The notes under the pieces are model-generated. The model saw only the letters and a program-made list of their open reading frames with translations. It was not told the origin of the DNA and ran no database searches. Made by a program: the position numbers and the translations under genes. Of a stretch of 64,000 nucleotides of DNA, positions 36,301 to 48,200 are shown one piece after another. The stretch covers positions 1,302,001 through 1,366,000 of the forward strand of contig JAYWIR010000025.1 of assembly GCA_036172245.1 (NCBI GenBank), read 5' to 3'. Numbering within the stretch: position 1 is the first letter of the stretch; each line of letters starts with the position of its first letter. This stretch comes from Raillietiella orientalis. Lineage: Eukaryota.

Positions 36301-38430
36301 TCGCGTACGAGAGGGGCAAAGCACGGATCCGTGAAGAACAGTGGGATGAGGGATGCCCGTCAACGATCCTTCTGTGCCTTAGACGACGTGCTGTGGGGGC
36401 TCTGGAGCTGCTTGTCCCACGAACGAACTGTTCTCACGGGGGGGAACGTGTGTCGAGAAGCGGCAGCGTGGCGTGTGACGACCAGTGTACAAAGGGTTGA
36501 GGACAGAAGCAACAATGAGTCAGCTCCAAGAACAACGCGCGAACGAGCGCGCGCATGTCCTTCGGCGCCGACCGGAGGAGGCAGTTCGCTTTGAGACGAG
36601 CACTGGTGCGCGTCGCGAGGGTGGCATTGCAGGATGCCGAGAGCAGATCGGGGATGCAACCTCCCTCCCCAAGCCCCCACACCCCTTGGACTACCGCCAG
36701 GAGGCGCACTCGCGCCACCAGCTCGCCGTTTCGATTCCCGTGCTGCGGTGATCGGCGCCGTCGCGGCTGCGGGCGAGAGGACGGCGAGCGCGCATTGCTA
36801 TCCTGGAGGCCGAAGGTGAACGGCGGTGGTGGTCCTGGAGTGCAGCACCAGGCAGCGCGACCACTCAGCACCCCCCGTTCTTCCTCTTCCCCATCTCTTG
36901 TCCTGGAAGCGGTGAGTTCCCAACGGAGAACTGGTGACGGGCGTCCATCTCGCTTGAGCACGGTCGGAGAGGCAGTTCATGCAGTCCGAGGGAATGTGAC
37001 GGGATGTCGAGGTGCACCCCCCATCGCAGCGCAAGGAATCCTGGTCTCGTCATCATGAAGCTCAACGAATTGGTCAACTGAACCAAAGAGGCGAAGCAGT
37101 GAGTCCTGGTGGTCTCCGCGCTCAGAAACAGGGATCAAGTGGGATTCTGAGAGCGGAGATAGCAGCAGCGGAAGATGCTCATTGGGCACCACGCATGAAA
37201 TGCCATCCCGAGATGCCGGAACGGACGACGATCAACAAGGGCGGTGCCGTTCTTCTGGAGGGTGGCACTCCTTGTCTCCCACAAATTCCCGATGGAGAAT
37301 CTCAGCGTTTCCGGGAATCTCAGCGTCCGTCGCCGACCGGTGGCTGATGCCAGAGCTGGATGCCGAGTGGTGGAGGGCACAGGCTGGCAATCAAAGTCTC
37401 CCTTCGCACCACTTTCGGATGACCAATCCCGTCGATGGCGCTGGCATGCTAGAGCTCCCTTGGATCCGGGAAGCTGATCGAAGGTTCATCTGCTGCGCTT
37501 CCGTCCGCAGGTGGACTGAAAAGGGGAACTACGAAGAACTGGGAAAATCCGAATGGCGACGAGCGGTTTGTTCTTGCATCCCGCGCACGTCCCCATCTGC
37601 AAGCCGAGTACAGAAGGAGGATGTGTGATTCAAGCTGTCCCTGGACAGGTTCCAGTCAAGAACATGTTAGAACTTCTAACACTCTGGAGAGACAATCCCT
37701 CCAGGGGAGTATCAGCCATCTCCATGGTACTCGCTGCCGGAGCATCCCCCCGAGAAAAGGGAGACGGATCCAGTCATACAACCGGAGGAGAACCTCGAAG
37801 GGAAGTGCGACTACTTGATTCCCGGGAGGACTTCAGAGGGTCGGCTTCCGATCGCGGCCACTCAAGGGGGGCATCCGGCTTCCAACAGCGCCACCGCACC
37901 CAAAGCCTTGTAGCTCAACCAGTATCATCCTGCGAGGGGGAGTCGAATCCCAGGACGCACCCATTTCTTGGCGTTCAATCCCTCTTCCTACTGGAATTCC
38001 AACCCGCAGCGCCTGGTGATGCCGCGGGCGCAGAACGCAGGCACACGGTCGACCCTGGTAGGCGCGCGCTCCAACAACGCCAGCGACGATGACAAACCTG
38101 AACAACATTCCTATGGAAACGATTGAAGATCGGACTCGGCGCTGCTGGGCTTTCCACGGCATTGGCAAGGAAATTTTCCAGCGGGCTTCTCCGCTCCTCA
38201 CTCAGGAGACCAGAGGAGAGTGGGGTACCTGGCTCTGCCTGGAGCTTCCGGGGAGGCCAAAGGTTCAAAGCCTGCGACGGTATCCCAGTCCACATGATTC
38301 TGATCACTGGTTTCTCCGTGAACGAAACGGGACTGACCCTACGGTGCCAGGCAATCGGTAGACGCCCGTCTTCATACTGTGCCACTCGCATGGCATATAG
38401 CTGTCCGGAAAGCCACGTCCCACCGTAGAG
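33400..38430 (+). mobile_element. Possible highly decayed APE-type non-LTR retrotransposon (LINE) relic; boundaries approximate
   Basis: Motif remnants in the expected order across shifting frames: ERVALSYL (35717, ORF1-like), KLNELVN and KGGAVLL (about 37050-37260, APE-like), RRWTEKGNYEEL (37506), PWYS (37722), KACDGIPVHMIL (38267, like RT KAFDSVPH). Recognised by eye only. Confidence 0.45.
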
Positions 38431-41400
38431 GTCGCCACAGTGGATGAGATGCTGTTTCGAAAACTTTGCCGTCTTCTAGCACATCACTTAACAAGGCGCC
38501 TGCATCAGTTGCTCCTTTGCATGCATCCGCTTCGGGAACTTTCGCGAAGACGGCGAAAGTCTTCTTTCGCTAGCCTGTTCTTCAGGCAATTGCTACAGGC
38601 TATTGGCGCAGATGCTACTTACCGTGAGGGAAATTGTGGAAGCCCGCTGCACGAAGGCAGTAGAAGCAGCCTTACGGGGTCCGAGTGACGCTCGTTGGGT
38701 TGCTTCTCCAGTATGAGACAACGTTAGTGCTAAATGCAATGCTTCAACATCTTCTTGCTCTAGTGGACGCGAAGAAGTGATCTGTTTACTACTTGATCTG
38801 TTTACTGTTTGTTTGGAGAACACCGGCAATGGACACACTCCACTGATGAAGGCTTCAAGCATGGATCCTGTACAAAGTACCAAAACCTCTGCTGAAACGT
38901 GCTATAAATCTGCTGGAATCGATGCCCCTTCCAGTGAATTTGAAGATTCTGACTTTAGTCTGCTATGGAGATCATCTAGACATGGTGGGATTTCTTCTGC
39001 AAGAGGATGCCCATCAGACTTGCTACGGGATCTTCAAGAAGCGATTCCCCAGTGCTGCAGTCCTAACAAAGAACCTATCATTTGTTGCTGCTTTCTGATC
39101 GATCCGAATCGGATTCCTGCTTCTCCTTGAAGTCCTCGACGCACTCCAAGAACAAGAACAACCTTCGACCGTCAGCACAGCCTGCGCGCTCGCCGTCCGC
39201 CCGTCCATAGCCACGACAGCGCTGACCTCAGCACGGGAATCGAAACTCTTTGCTTGCCTTTAGAAACCGGCTTTGGCAGTGCTTCACTGTAAACGGAGCA
39301 GCTGGTGGAAGAGGGACATGAAGAAGAAAAAGATGCATTCATCCCCGATAAATGCATGAGAGCAAGGAAAGCGGTGCACAAAGTGTGATTGAACATACGT
39401 TACATATACACTCGGCATCATTTCGTGTACAACTCAAACACGAGCCCATAATGTATAATGAGACTACCTTTATTTAAATGAAATGCAAAGACGAAATAAG
39501 GACACATACTTAATCCCATCACCCACGTAAAATACATGAACTGATGTGGCACGGCTGCGGTTGGGCTCAGAAACCACATGCGGTTTCCTTCTCAAGTACA
39601 TACGGGAGAAACTTCGAAACGGCCACCCGCCTCGTGACTATTCGCTGTTTACGTGTATCTAGAAGATGAATTCGGTCAAGTCTTGATACTTGGCAACCTG
39701 CCCTCCCCCTCCCCCCCCCATGAAAGCACCGTTTTCACTTGTTTTATTGATATTCCGCCGTCTTTTTGAACTTTTGGAATCTTCGGCAATTTCCTCGCAT
39801 CGAACGCATTCGGTAATCAATAATTCAGCATCCCTGCATCTTTCCATCTGATGAGCTGCTTGTTCGAGGTCGTACGTGTCTCTGGTCATGCTTTCGTTTT
39901 TTTCAATTTTGTGCATTCCCACATGTACGGCGTACATTGTTCTCATGGTGAGAACCTAAGATCCTGTTAAACCCATTCAGTACGACGGCTCTATCACGAG
40001 AAAATGATTCGGGTTTCGTGACCAGAAGCCACTAGTGCGTTACAAAAACTACTCTTCTCATTCTCGAACAAGAAACAGCCGTTCCAACACCTTCTCCTGG
40101 CAAACTCTGATCCCCATTACAGTACATTCTGATTTATTTATTTATTTATTTTTGAATTCTGGATTTGGAGAGTCCACGACCCATCTGAAGAGAAATTTCA
40201 AACCCGAAGGTCGACCTGCTCAGAGAAATCTTCGGCATGGCAAACAGGCGTATGTCGTACACTGCATCGCCGCTGCTGTGTACACGAACTCTATGAGCCT
40301 GAGCAGTTCGAATCAGGCGCCGGAGAGAATTTCTCTCGTGCGCGGCAGTTCGCCTCCCTCCTGCTCTTCATTTTTCAGGTGCGCTTGCGCGATTCCCTCG
40401 CGACCAGGAAACGCCTCCAGCAAAGCCACCGGCATGCTTCCCCAAGAAATGGCCTTCCGCGAAGGATGGCGTCGACAAATCCTGTGGTGACAATACCACA
40501 AGACAAAGGCTCTGATTTTTCGCGGACGCTGCTGCTGCTGCTCTTATGTCCTACTCCCTAAGGACACGAAGCAGCGACTTTTCTTGAAACCTGCAAGCTC
40601 GAAATCCATAGCTGATGAATCCAGGATCGCAAGAATCTGCTCTGTTGCGTGGGCATCATCGCCCTTCACCAGCTCTTACCCTGCACGCTCGCGTATTGGA
40701 ACCATGTGGTGATTCGGCGCATTACCAGGGAGCACGCCGAGTCGACCCACTGTGAAAGTACAGCATCTACAGTTGTACACAATGTATATAGTGCGGCACA
40801 GGTACAGAACAACTCTGGAAATTCTATGCAATTTCTTGTTCTGGAAGGTCTTCACTGAGCTTTCTAGCACTGGTCTTCTCTGGAAGACTCTACTTGAACT
40901 TTCGCCTACTTTTGCGCCCATGCTTTACTACCCATAAAGGTCGGATCTGATCCTACCGGACGAACACATTCATCCAGCCGGACGCCACATCGAAATCTCT
41001 AAAAGCCCTTGGTCCATTTCTTTATTTCTTTCTTTTGCTTCGTTTAGCACAGCAAACTCAGGGTCCATGTCGTGAGTCAACAGAAATGCTTTCCATGCAC
41101 TTCGAGTCACGTGACTTCTGATGGGGCCGATGTGACGTCGGCGAACTGCACGACACCAAGCAGCCTTTGAGGAAGGAGGAACCTCTTCCACGCAGGCATG
41201 CTGGAAGCTAAGGAGAAGGAATCAAGGATATGGAGCCGCGCGTTTCGTTTCCTTCCCGTCTTGCAAGGAAGGAAGGCTGTGGGAATTCCCAGATTCCGGC
41301 GCTCCGATAAACCCCAATGAGGTGATGGAGGGGAGGGGGAAGCGAAACTGTTTTGATGGATAACCGAACTGGCAAGCAGAGCTCTAAGGCCACGCTCAGC

Positions 41401-41771
41401 CCCAAATCCCTTTGGCCGAAAATCTGGATGCGGGACGGACACGACCAAGCTGTACGCGGAACCCGATGAATGAACGCGCCAACGAACACGATGGGCGCGC
41501 CCCGAGCAGCACGAGAATTGAGGTATTGGTACTGCGTGGGACTGACGGTAGAGTACACGGACACCCTTGGAATGCTCCCCTATCTGGCGTCGAAGACACA
41601 GGGAAGCGCTTGCACTTTTCATCGAGTCTCCCTCCGTGATCACTGATTTCTCAGCTCCAGCTTCCGTGTCTTTCGGTGGAAGTCACTGCAACCGCCCTGC
41701 ACTGGTTGGCTGCGTTTCTGTGTTGCACACGCACGCACACACAAATTGCACTCTCAGGGCATCGTAGTAAC

Positions 41772-42230
41772 TGTTCAAGTTGGAGGATACCCCTGGAGGG
41801 GACCACCCTATGAATCCAGGAAAACTCCGGACGAAGGAGTCCGTTCCTCTCATGCTTGGGAGGGATTCTCGAAGCGAACTCTCCGCTCTGGTTGTCCCCG
41901 AAGGGAAATCCGAAGGGAATCTCCTTCCTCGTTCTCTCCAGAGAACCCCCCCCCCCCATAGAGAGCAGCTCCTCTTTTTTTCTTCGAAGAGAAGCCGGAA
42001 AGGATCCGCTTCTGGGATTTATTCTCCGGAGGGAACCCCCGCAAGGGAACCGCTCCCTGTATCCTCCTTGTCCGAAGAGAACTCCGAAGGGGCACTTCCC
42101 GATTTGTTTGAAGGGAGCAGCGAGCTTCCTCTGGAGAGGTTTCAGTTCCACCATCTCCATGGTACGGGATTCGGGATCTCCCCCTCCGAGGAGGGGGGCG
42201 GCTCCATTTGCAGAACCGGAGGAAAACCCG
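41772..42230 (+). repeat. Dispersed repeat copy B, inverted relative to copy A; boundaries approximate
   Basis: Colinear similarity to the reverse complement of about 20930-21375; both give [10 protein letters not shown] in the ORF track. Confidence 0.75.
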
Positions 42231-45200
42231 AAGGGAACCGACGCTTTGATTCTGGAAAGAACCTCGGAAGCTCAACTTTCAATTGCATTTCCGGATTCTA
42301 CCAGTGTCGCACCTTCCCCCCATTTCCCTGGAGCCGATCTGTGAGGATTGGAACCCTCAACGCTGGGTACCACTCGCGGAGAACGGTAGCCACACGCCCT
42401 CCAGCGCTCGACATGGCAGTGAAATGGCAGGGTAGACCAGAGTAAATGACCTTGCAGTGTTTGTACATGCAACAGCACATCAGCAAGTCAACCAGGATGC
42501 GACTGACTTATCAACACCCTAAGCACATAACAGTCGGGTTCGTGTGCTGAGTTTACTGAGGTCAAAGTCGATGGCAGCACGCACGAAGCGTCGACTTCGG
42601 CAGGGAGAGAGTGTTTGCTGATTTCGATGAGGTGCTTCCCGTGGTGGGTTTTTGCAGCTTTCTGTGTACACTGAAGTGCAGCTGGAGGACACGCAGTGCT
42701 GCAGCAGCAGCTTCTCGCTCCAACTCTTGGACGATGGGCGCAATTGCATTACACGAGGGCATGGCAAAAATCGAACTTCAATGTTCCTCGCGAAACTTTG
42801 ATCTCCCTCGCAAATACGCTTTTTCCTGTCTCCTCATCCCGTTAATCCACTTTGCTGCATTTCATACCGCAAGTACCAGAATTCCGCGTCCCCCTTTTCT
42901 TTTTCTTTTTTCCGCCCTGTTTGCTTTTACAAACCCATTCTTTTCCCGTTCTTGTTTGCTAAATTTAACGAGCCAATATTTAAGCGAAGAATTAATGGTG
43001 AGAAGAAACCAAAGTTGGTGTTTTTCGTGATTGAAACTGCAAACCGAAAGAAAAAAAAAAAAAATGCATCCCTGAGAAGCAATCCTTTGAGGAAATCATC
43101 TTTTCAAACCAACCACCAGCACGCAGCTTGAGTCTTGTTTTGGGTCATCATTAGCACCACCGGACGCTTTCTCATTGCAGACCTGTGGATTCCGTCTGTC
43201 CTGCCAATTAAAATTTCCTCAGAACTCTCGCCGATAAAACTGACGACTGCCATATCTCATGGTAAGTACAATCTCGAGATCACATTTCACTCTCAGATGC
43301 AGGCACGTTTCCTATTCATCACCATCAGACCTCTTGGAAGAATCTCTGAATTTCCTGGAGGAACATCGGACATTGGGCACCGCGGTCCCGACATCACAGC
43401 CGGTTTTATCGGAATGACAATGATTTTTACTGTGCTCCGGGAACAATTAAGCTTGCATTTAGTCAAGTAGCTGCTTCAAGCATCAATCATAATCATCATG
43501 ATGGAAAAGCAGGCCCATCGGGTTTCCCTGGATTTCGTGCTCTTCCTAAGAACCGACCTTTCCGGCACTCGCTCGAGCACAGCAATTTGGTACGCGGGCT
43601 CGCGTGCTGCTGCTGCTGCTGCTGCTGCCTCGGTTCTTATGGATGAGCACATTCGCTGCTGCCACTCTTGAAGGTTGTGAGGCTTCCGAAGGACCTTGTG
43701 GCGAGCGTTCCCTCCCCCCCCCCCGTGTGGCACGTGGCCCCTCACCAGCGGCACGGAGCGGCGGCGCAAGCCCGCGGCGTCCCTCAAGCCGAAGGAAGCG
43801 AGCCCGAAAAATCGAAATGCATTCGATCCCGTTAGCCCGTCGTGCCTCTTTCGTTTCCTTCACGTGACAAAGTTGAACCGGGTTCGGATTCCAGCACATA
43901 AAAAGACTCGTAGAGAAGACGCTGCAGCGGAAAAAGCTGTCTTTAATGCAAAAAAAGGAAAAGAAAAAAGAAAAAAAACAATAACTGGCCGAATGCTAAT
44001 GGCGACCAGAAAAAGATTATCACGAACTGAGCATTATGAGAATAAATTATAGTTAATTATAACAGTGACTTGCTAGCTGATGAATCGTTAAAGATTGCGG
44101 GGTGAAAAAAAAAAAAAAAGAAGGAAGAAAAAAGAAAGCCAAGAAATAGCGAATCGATCGTGATCATAAAGAGAAGGAAGAGGTTCTCAGAGATGATTTT
44201 GAACGAGCGCAAAAAAAAAAAAAGAGAAGAGGAGAAAAAAGGCAAGCCGTCTACCGAGCTGTTCACCTACAAAATAAGTTGAAGGATGGGCACGGGTCGA
44301 ACTTTCCTAATTTGCGCTTCCTGTGGATTCACGTGGGAGTGTCGCAGACTCACTAATCCACAGTGGACTGACGCAGCTCGCGGTGCAGAATGCGGGCGAG
44401 GAGATCTCCGACTTCGGACTCCTCACCTTGGCTTCACTCTGCTTGAGATTTGCATCCCCGGAATCTTCGCTTCGGCCTGAGACAAGGTGATGGCAGTGGC
44501 GTCCTTTGTGCGGAGAATCAGCTCGACGCGCGCACTCCCCCCGGTTGCCCAGCAACGCTCGGGATACGTCACCTTGCGTAACGAGCTTTTTCCTGCGAGC
44601 ACACCTTAATCCACGGGACATTTCGGCCTGTGATCAGTTACCACGGTACGTGCAGCTCCTTGCTAATCGAAAGCTAATCTCGGCAGCTTCCGTCCCCCTG
44701 CAGCACGCCTCCCACCTTTGATCCTCGTGGCCTTCGGTTTCAACAGCAAGCTGTGTTGCTGTTGGCACACATTCTTGCGTTTGGAAGAAAAGCAGTGGTC
44801 CCAATGGTTGTTTTCTTGCTTCGTGTGAAGCGGTAGGGATGAAATCCCAATTCCCCTAAATTTCGTCTTGGAGCCTTCGTGCATAACCGCTGTCACAGCA
44901 ACACCGAAATCCATGGTCTTTGCTACCATGCTCCTTCGTGAATTGAGGACTACGGTACCTGCTAAATAAGAATGTGCACATTCGCACGTGCCAGTTTCAG
45001 CATCTGCTTTTTATCATCGAGAATCTTGTCCCTTAATCATAGATTTACGCAGGAAATCTCTTTTACGGCTTCAGCAGTCCTTGATTCTAACCACCGTTCT
45101 CTACTGTGAATGCCTCTGGAAGTCTCTTTGTTTCCGCCTGGCTCTTGATTCTTGCGCTCCCACCACGATTTGTGTTTCCCTCCTCGGCGGGATCGCAGCT

Positions 45201-48200
45201 GCATATTCAAGTGGTGTAAGTTTCTGGAGAAATTCAAACTTTTACATCTTTCTGGATGCAGGGATACTTTGAAGTGTCTTCAGCACAGACGATCGCTAAT
45301 CTTGTTTCCACGGAGGTTCCCGTAGCGTGACGCGGATGCGGAAACCACTAACCCCGTGCAAGCGTTCAAAGCCGCATTTCTCTTTCTTTCTTTTTTTTCC
45401 CGTGTGTCCTTCCTCGCAAATCTGGTTTTAGAGTTCGAGGAGGATACTTGTGGCGCGCTCTTTTGCTCGGCTGTGGATTACAAGAATTCGCTTAACCTAT
45501 TTTTCCCCTCGCGACGGAACAGTTTTCGAATCTTGTCAGCATCTCCCATCATTAGTATTTGATGCCCACGGCATGTCTTCCGTATGCCTGTCTTTGTTTT
45601 CTGATGGAGAAATGGGTTAAGATGCTTAGAGCCACCACTCGCACCGATGACCGCGCTGCTTATCACCACGAAACAGACCACTGCTACGATCAACGCTTCC
45701 GAGAGACTGTCATCGGATTTCTCCTCTGCCTCGCCTCATGCTAAAAGCAGTAATTAGAATACTGAAGAGTGAAATTTCAGATTCGGTTCTTTAAGAATAA
45801 ATACAGCAATTATATTACCGAACTTAGTAATGTTACTTTGATCTTCAATTGTTCTTTCTGAAGCGAAAATCTTTGTCCAGTTAGGAGGCTATTGGCCTAA
45901 GTGAAAATTGTCCTTAAAAGATTTGAATAATTATCAAGCCTAGTCTCTCTAGCAGGATATCTATCTGTTCTCTTTCCACGTCCATGAATTATGGGAGGGA
46001 GCAGCAAGCATTTTTTTTGGTTCGATGGACCATCGTGCGCGTCCTTTGCAGTGGAGATCCTCGCCTGGGATCGTGGGTTATCCAAATACTTTCCAGAGAC
46101 TTCGGAAAGGAACCGTTCTTTGGAAGGGGAATTCCATGATTGGCAAATTTCGCTTCCCAGACGGCGAGTCAACCGGGCATCTGGATGACGATGAACTTCC
46201 GTGTCTTCTTGAAACGCAGAGGGCGAAAACGGTGTGCTGTACCGGAGGATGAAGTGGAGCGAAAGCCATCGTTGCGAAGATCTCCGTTCACACGAGAGCA
46301 AAACGAAAGGACAGCAGGACAGCCGGTCCTGCTGTGTCGAGGCATTTGGAAACGACAAACCCGAGCGAATGGCTGGACTTCGTGCAGGGGACCTCATCCC
46401 AAGTTCTCATCCCTCTTTAGTGTAATAAAAATTAGCAGCCGCTTGTTGATTATAAGCTACCAACGGATTTTCATGGGCACCAGCGTCTGGAAACGAGATG
46501 GATGAGTAGTTCTCTAATAATTAGTATACCTGGAGATGGAAAAAAATATTCAGTTCCTCTTTCGAAATTCTGCAGAACTTAGCCATGTGCCCCTCTCTCG
46601 TAGATTCTTCATGGAATGTCATTAACATGTAATCCGCTTGTAAATTGTGGTCCGGATGAATTCACGCAGCAGATGTGCCTAGTTGAACTAGGTGTAAAAA
46701 AAAAGAAAAAGGAAAAAAAAAAAAAAACTGAAGAAAAAGAAAAAGAAAAAGAAGTCGGACGTTTGTAATTTCACTTCAGCAGTATTTGAAAGATAAATTT
46801 ACTGGAGATGTATTTCTGGACCGGGGGCACGAATTAGAAATAATGAGCTGGGGTCTACGTCAAACTGGCGTGCTGATCTAACGAGTAGGGTCAAAATCAG
46901 AAGAATTTTCATCTTTGCCTGGGAAGTTCCACTTCAAACCATCAGCAGCGGTGCTTTACATGGAAGCTGACGGTTAAGGCCTCTGATGACCCCTCTGCAC
47001 AGCCCCCATGCCACGCGCTTTGCAATTCGTGCTCGCTCGCGGATTTCATAAATTCACTGGGAGAGGCAGTCTCGATGGAACGATAAGAGATTATTCTTAG
47101 TAATTATTTGAAACACACACACAACACACACACACCAAAGTTGGAAACAAAGGAACTTCAAGGTGACTGCACAAAGACAGAAGATGTACCCGATGAGGAA
47201 GTCAGCAGGGGAAATTAACTTTACAAAAAAAAAAAAAGTTTTTTTTTTTTTCCATCCACTCTTCGGAGCGTTTTTTTTTCTTTTGGGGGAGGAGGGGGGC
47301 ATTGCTTAGGTGTCATGGTGTTTTTATCCCGAGAACGCGAGCAGACACCTTTTGTTGTTTACAAACAAAGTCTTCAGCCGTAATCCTGTAGATGCAATAT
47401 ATGTAATACATAACCCATTATTCGATCTTGAGACTTGGGAGTTCGAAAAAGATTCCCGCGTAAATGGATCCAGTTTCTGGACTTGAAAGTGTGCCAAACA
47501 CCAACTCATTTCCATTCAACATATGCTCAACGAAGAGTTACGAGGACGCTGCATGAACTCTGCAACCCGTTATGACCATCATATACGAAAAGCGATTGCC
47601 TAAAAACACTGGGCAACTGTTTTCATAATTAATGATAATTTATTGCTATTTTGTTTACTATCAGATCTTTTTAGATCTCCGTTTTCGGCACCTGTCGATA
47701 TCAAGCAGCTTCAGCGTCGGCGCCAGTCTTCGCAAATAGCGTTTCCTTCCGCATTAAAAGTTCCTCATCAAAGTGCTCATCCGAGCATCTCCAAGTGATC
47801 GATTCACCGCGCGAACCTGCGCATGCCAACGCGTTTTGGTTTTATTTCACGTACAGTGCTGGACACTTCTGTATGTGGATGCGAAAAGCTCAGGTAACTG
47901 CTCGAAAGGCAGTGCGATTTGCCAGTTGGATTCCCCGTTTCTGATGCAAGAATGGCAGCATCTCAAGAAGATGCATCGTGATGATGCGTGCCTAAAATTG
48001 AGGTGTGCCACCAACTGTGTTCTTCAGCAGCTCTGGACGAACACCTCTCGTCCCTGGTCTGCCTTTCGGCTGCTGCCGCATGCCACTGTGTCCTCAAAGA
48101 ATCAAGGCCCCGGGGATTTTCTTCGCGGCCGAAACTGCTTGGAAACGTCTTCGCGGAAACCATCGCGAGATATTTGACCCTATGTAATAGAATCCAATTA

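Noticed and set aside
29065..36334. Long ORFs of 200-445 aa, including poly-L and poly-S/R ORFs
   Set aside because: Explained by microsatellites and stop-codon scarcity. Only the signal-peptide segment and faint TE remnants are meaningful.
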